Positions 63,853 through 64,000 of a DNA stretch of 64,000 bases are shown here, one piece after another (the stretch's first letter is position 1; each line of letters starts with the position of its first letter). The notes under the pieces were generated by a model, which made no database searches, was not told the DNA's origin, and worked only from the letters and a program-made list of their open reading frames with translations. Source of the stretch: Hydrolagus affinis. Lineage: Eukaryota. Position numbers and translations under genes: made by a program. The stretch is taken from NCBI GenBank assembly GCA_012026655.1, contig JAAILG010000176.1, positions 62,001-126,000 of the forward strand, in the 5' to 3' direction.

Positions 63853-64000
63853 AATAATAATAATAATAATAATAATCATCCTTGCATTTGATATAGCGCT
63901 TTTCACATCTTCTACACATCTGAAAGTGCTTCAGAGAATATACTGTAAAAGTGAATTGACTGTATATATTTGGGTGAAGCGCGGCGTCACAGCAGCGTCA
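63853..64000 (-). mobile_element. Deu-type SINE 3' part, runs off the window
   Basis: (aat)n…ccttgcatttgatatagcgcttttcacatcttcta…gtgaattgactgtata. Confidence 0.88.

Noticed and set aside
7000-64000. Exons of a downstream gene such as ANO5
   Set aside because: No translation resembling anoctamins or another known protein was seen; very small exons cannot be excluded.
1-64000. CRISPR array, operon or other prokaryotic/viral system
   Set aside because: Spliced vertebrate gene and vertebrate retroposons; no regularly spaced repeats or long ORFs.

Overview
AT-rich vertebrate genomic DNA; the repeat families point to a cartilaginous fish, most likely a chimaera such as Callorhinchus (inference). 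The only host coding sequence I can support is the 3' end of NELL1 on the + strand: a 225-nt penultimate exon (757-981) and the terminal exon (CDS 2572-2622), followed by a 3' UTR with several candidate poly(A) signals. The remaining ~57 kb looks like gene-poor intergenic DNA. It holds many tRNA-derived Deu-type SINEs, L2 and CR1 LINE 3' fragments, an LF-SINE-like element, a decayed Ty3/Gypsy protease fragment and several repeat-free, motif-dense islands that may be conserved enhancers. Almost all listed ORFs are spurious or LINE-derived. I found no convincing new biological system; the findings are modest, checkable observations. Family assignments rest on remembered consensus sequences, not database searches, and repeat boundaries are approximate.
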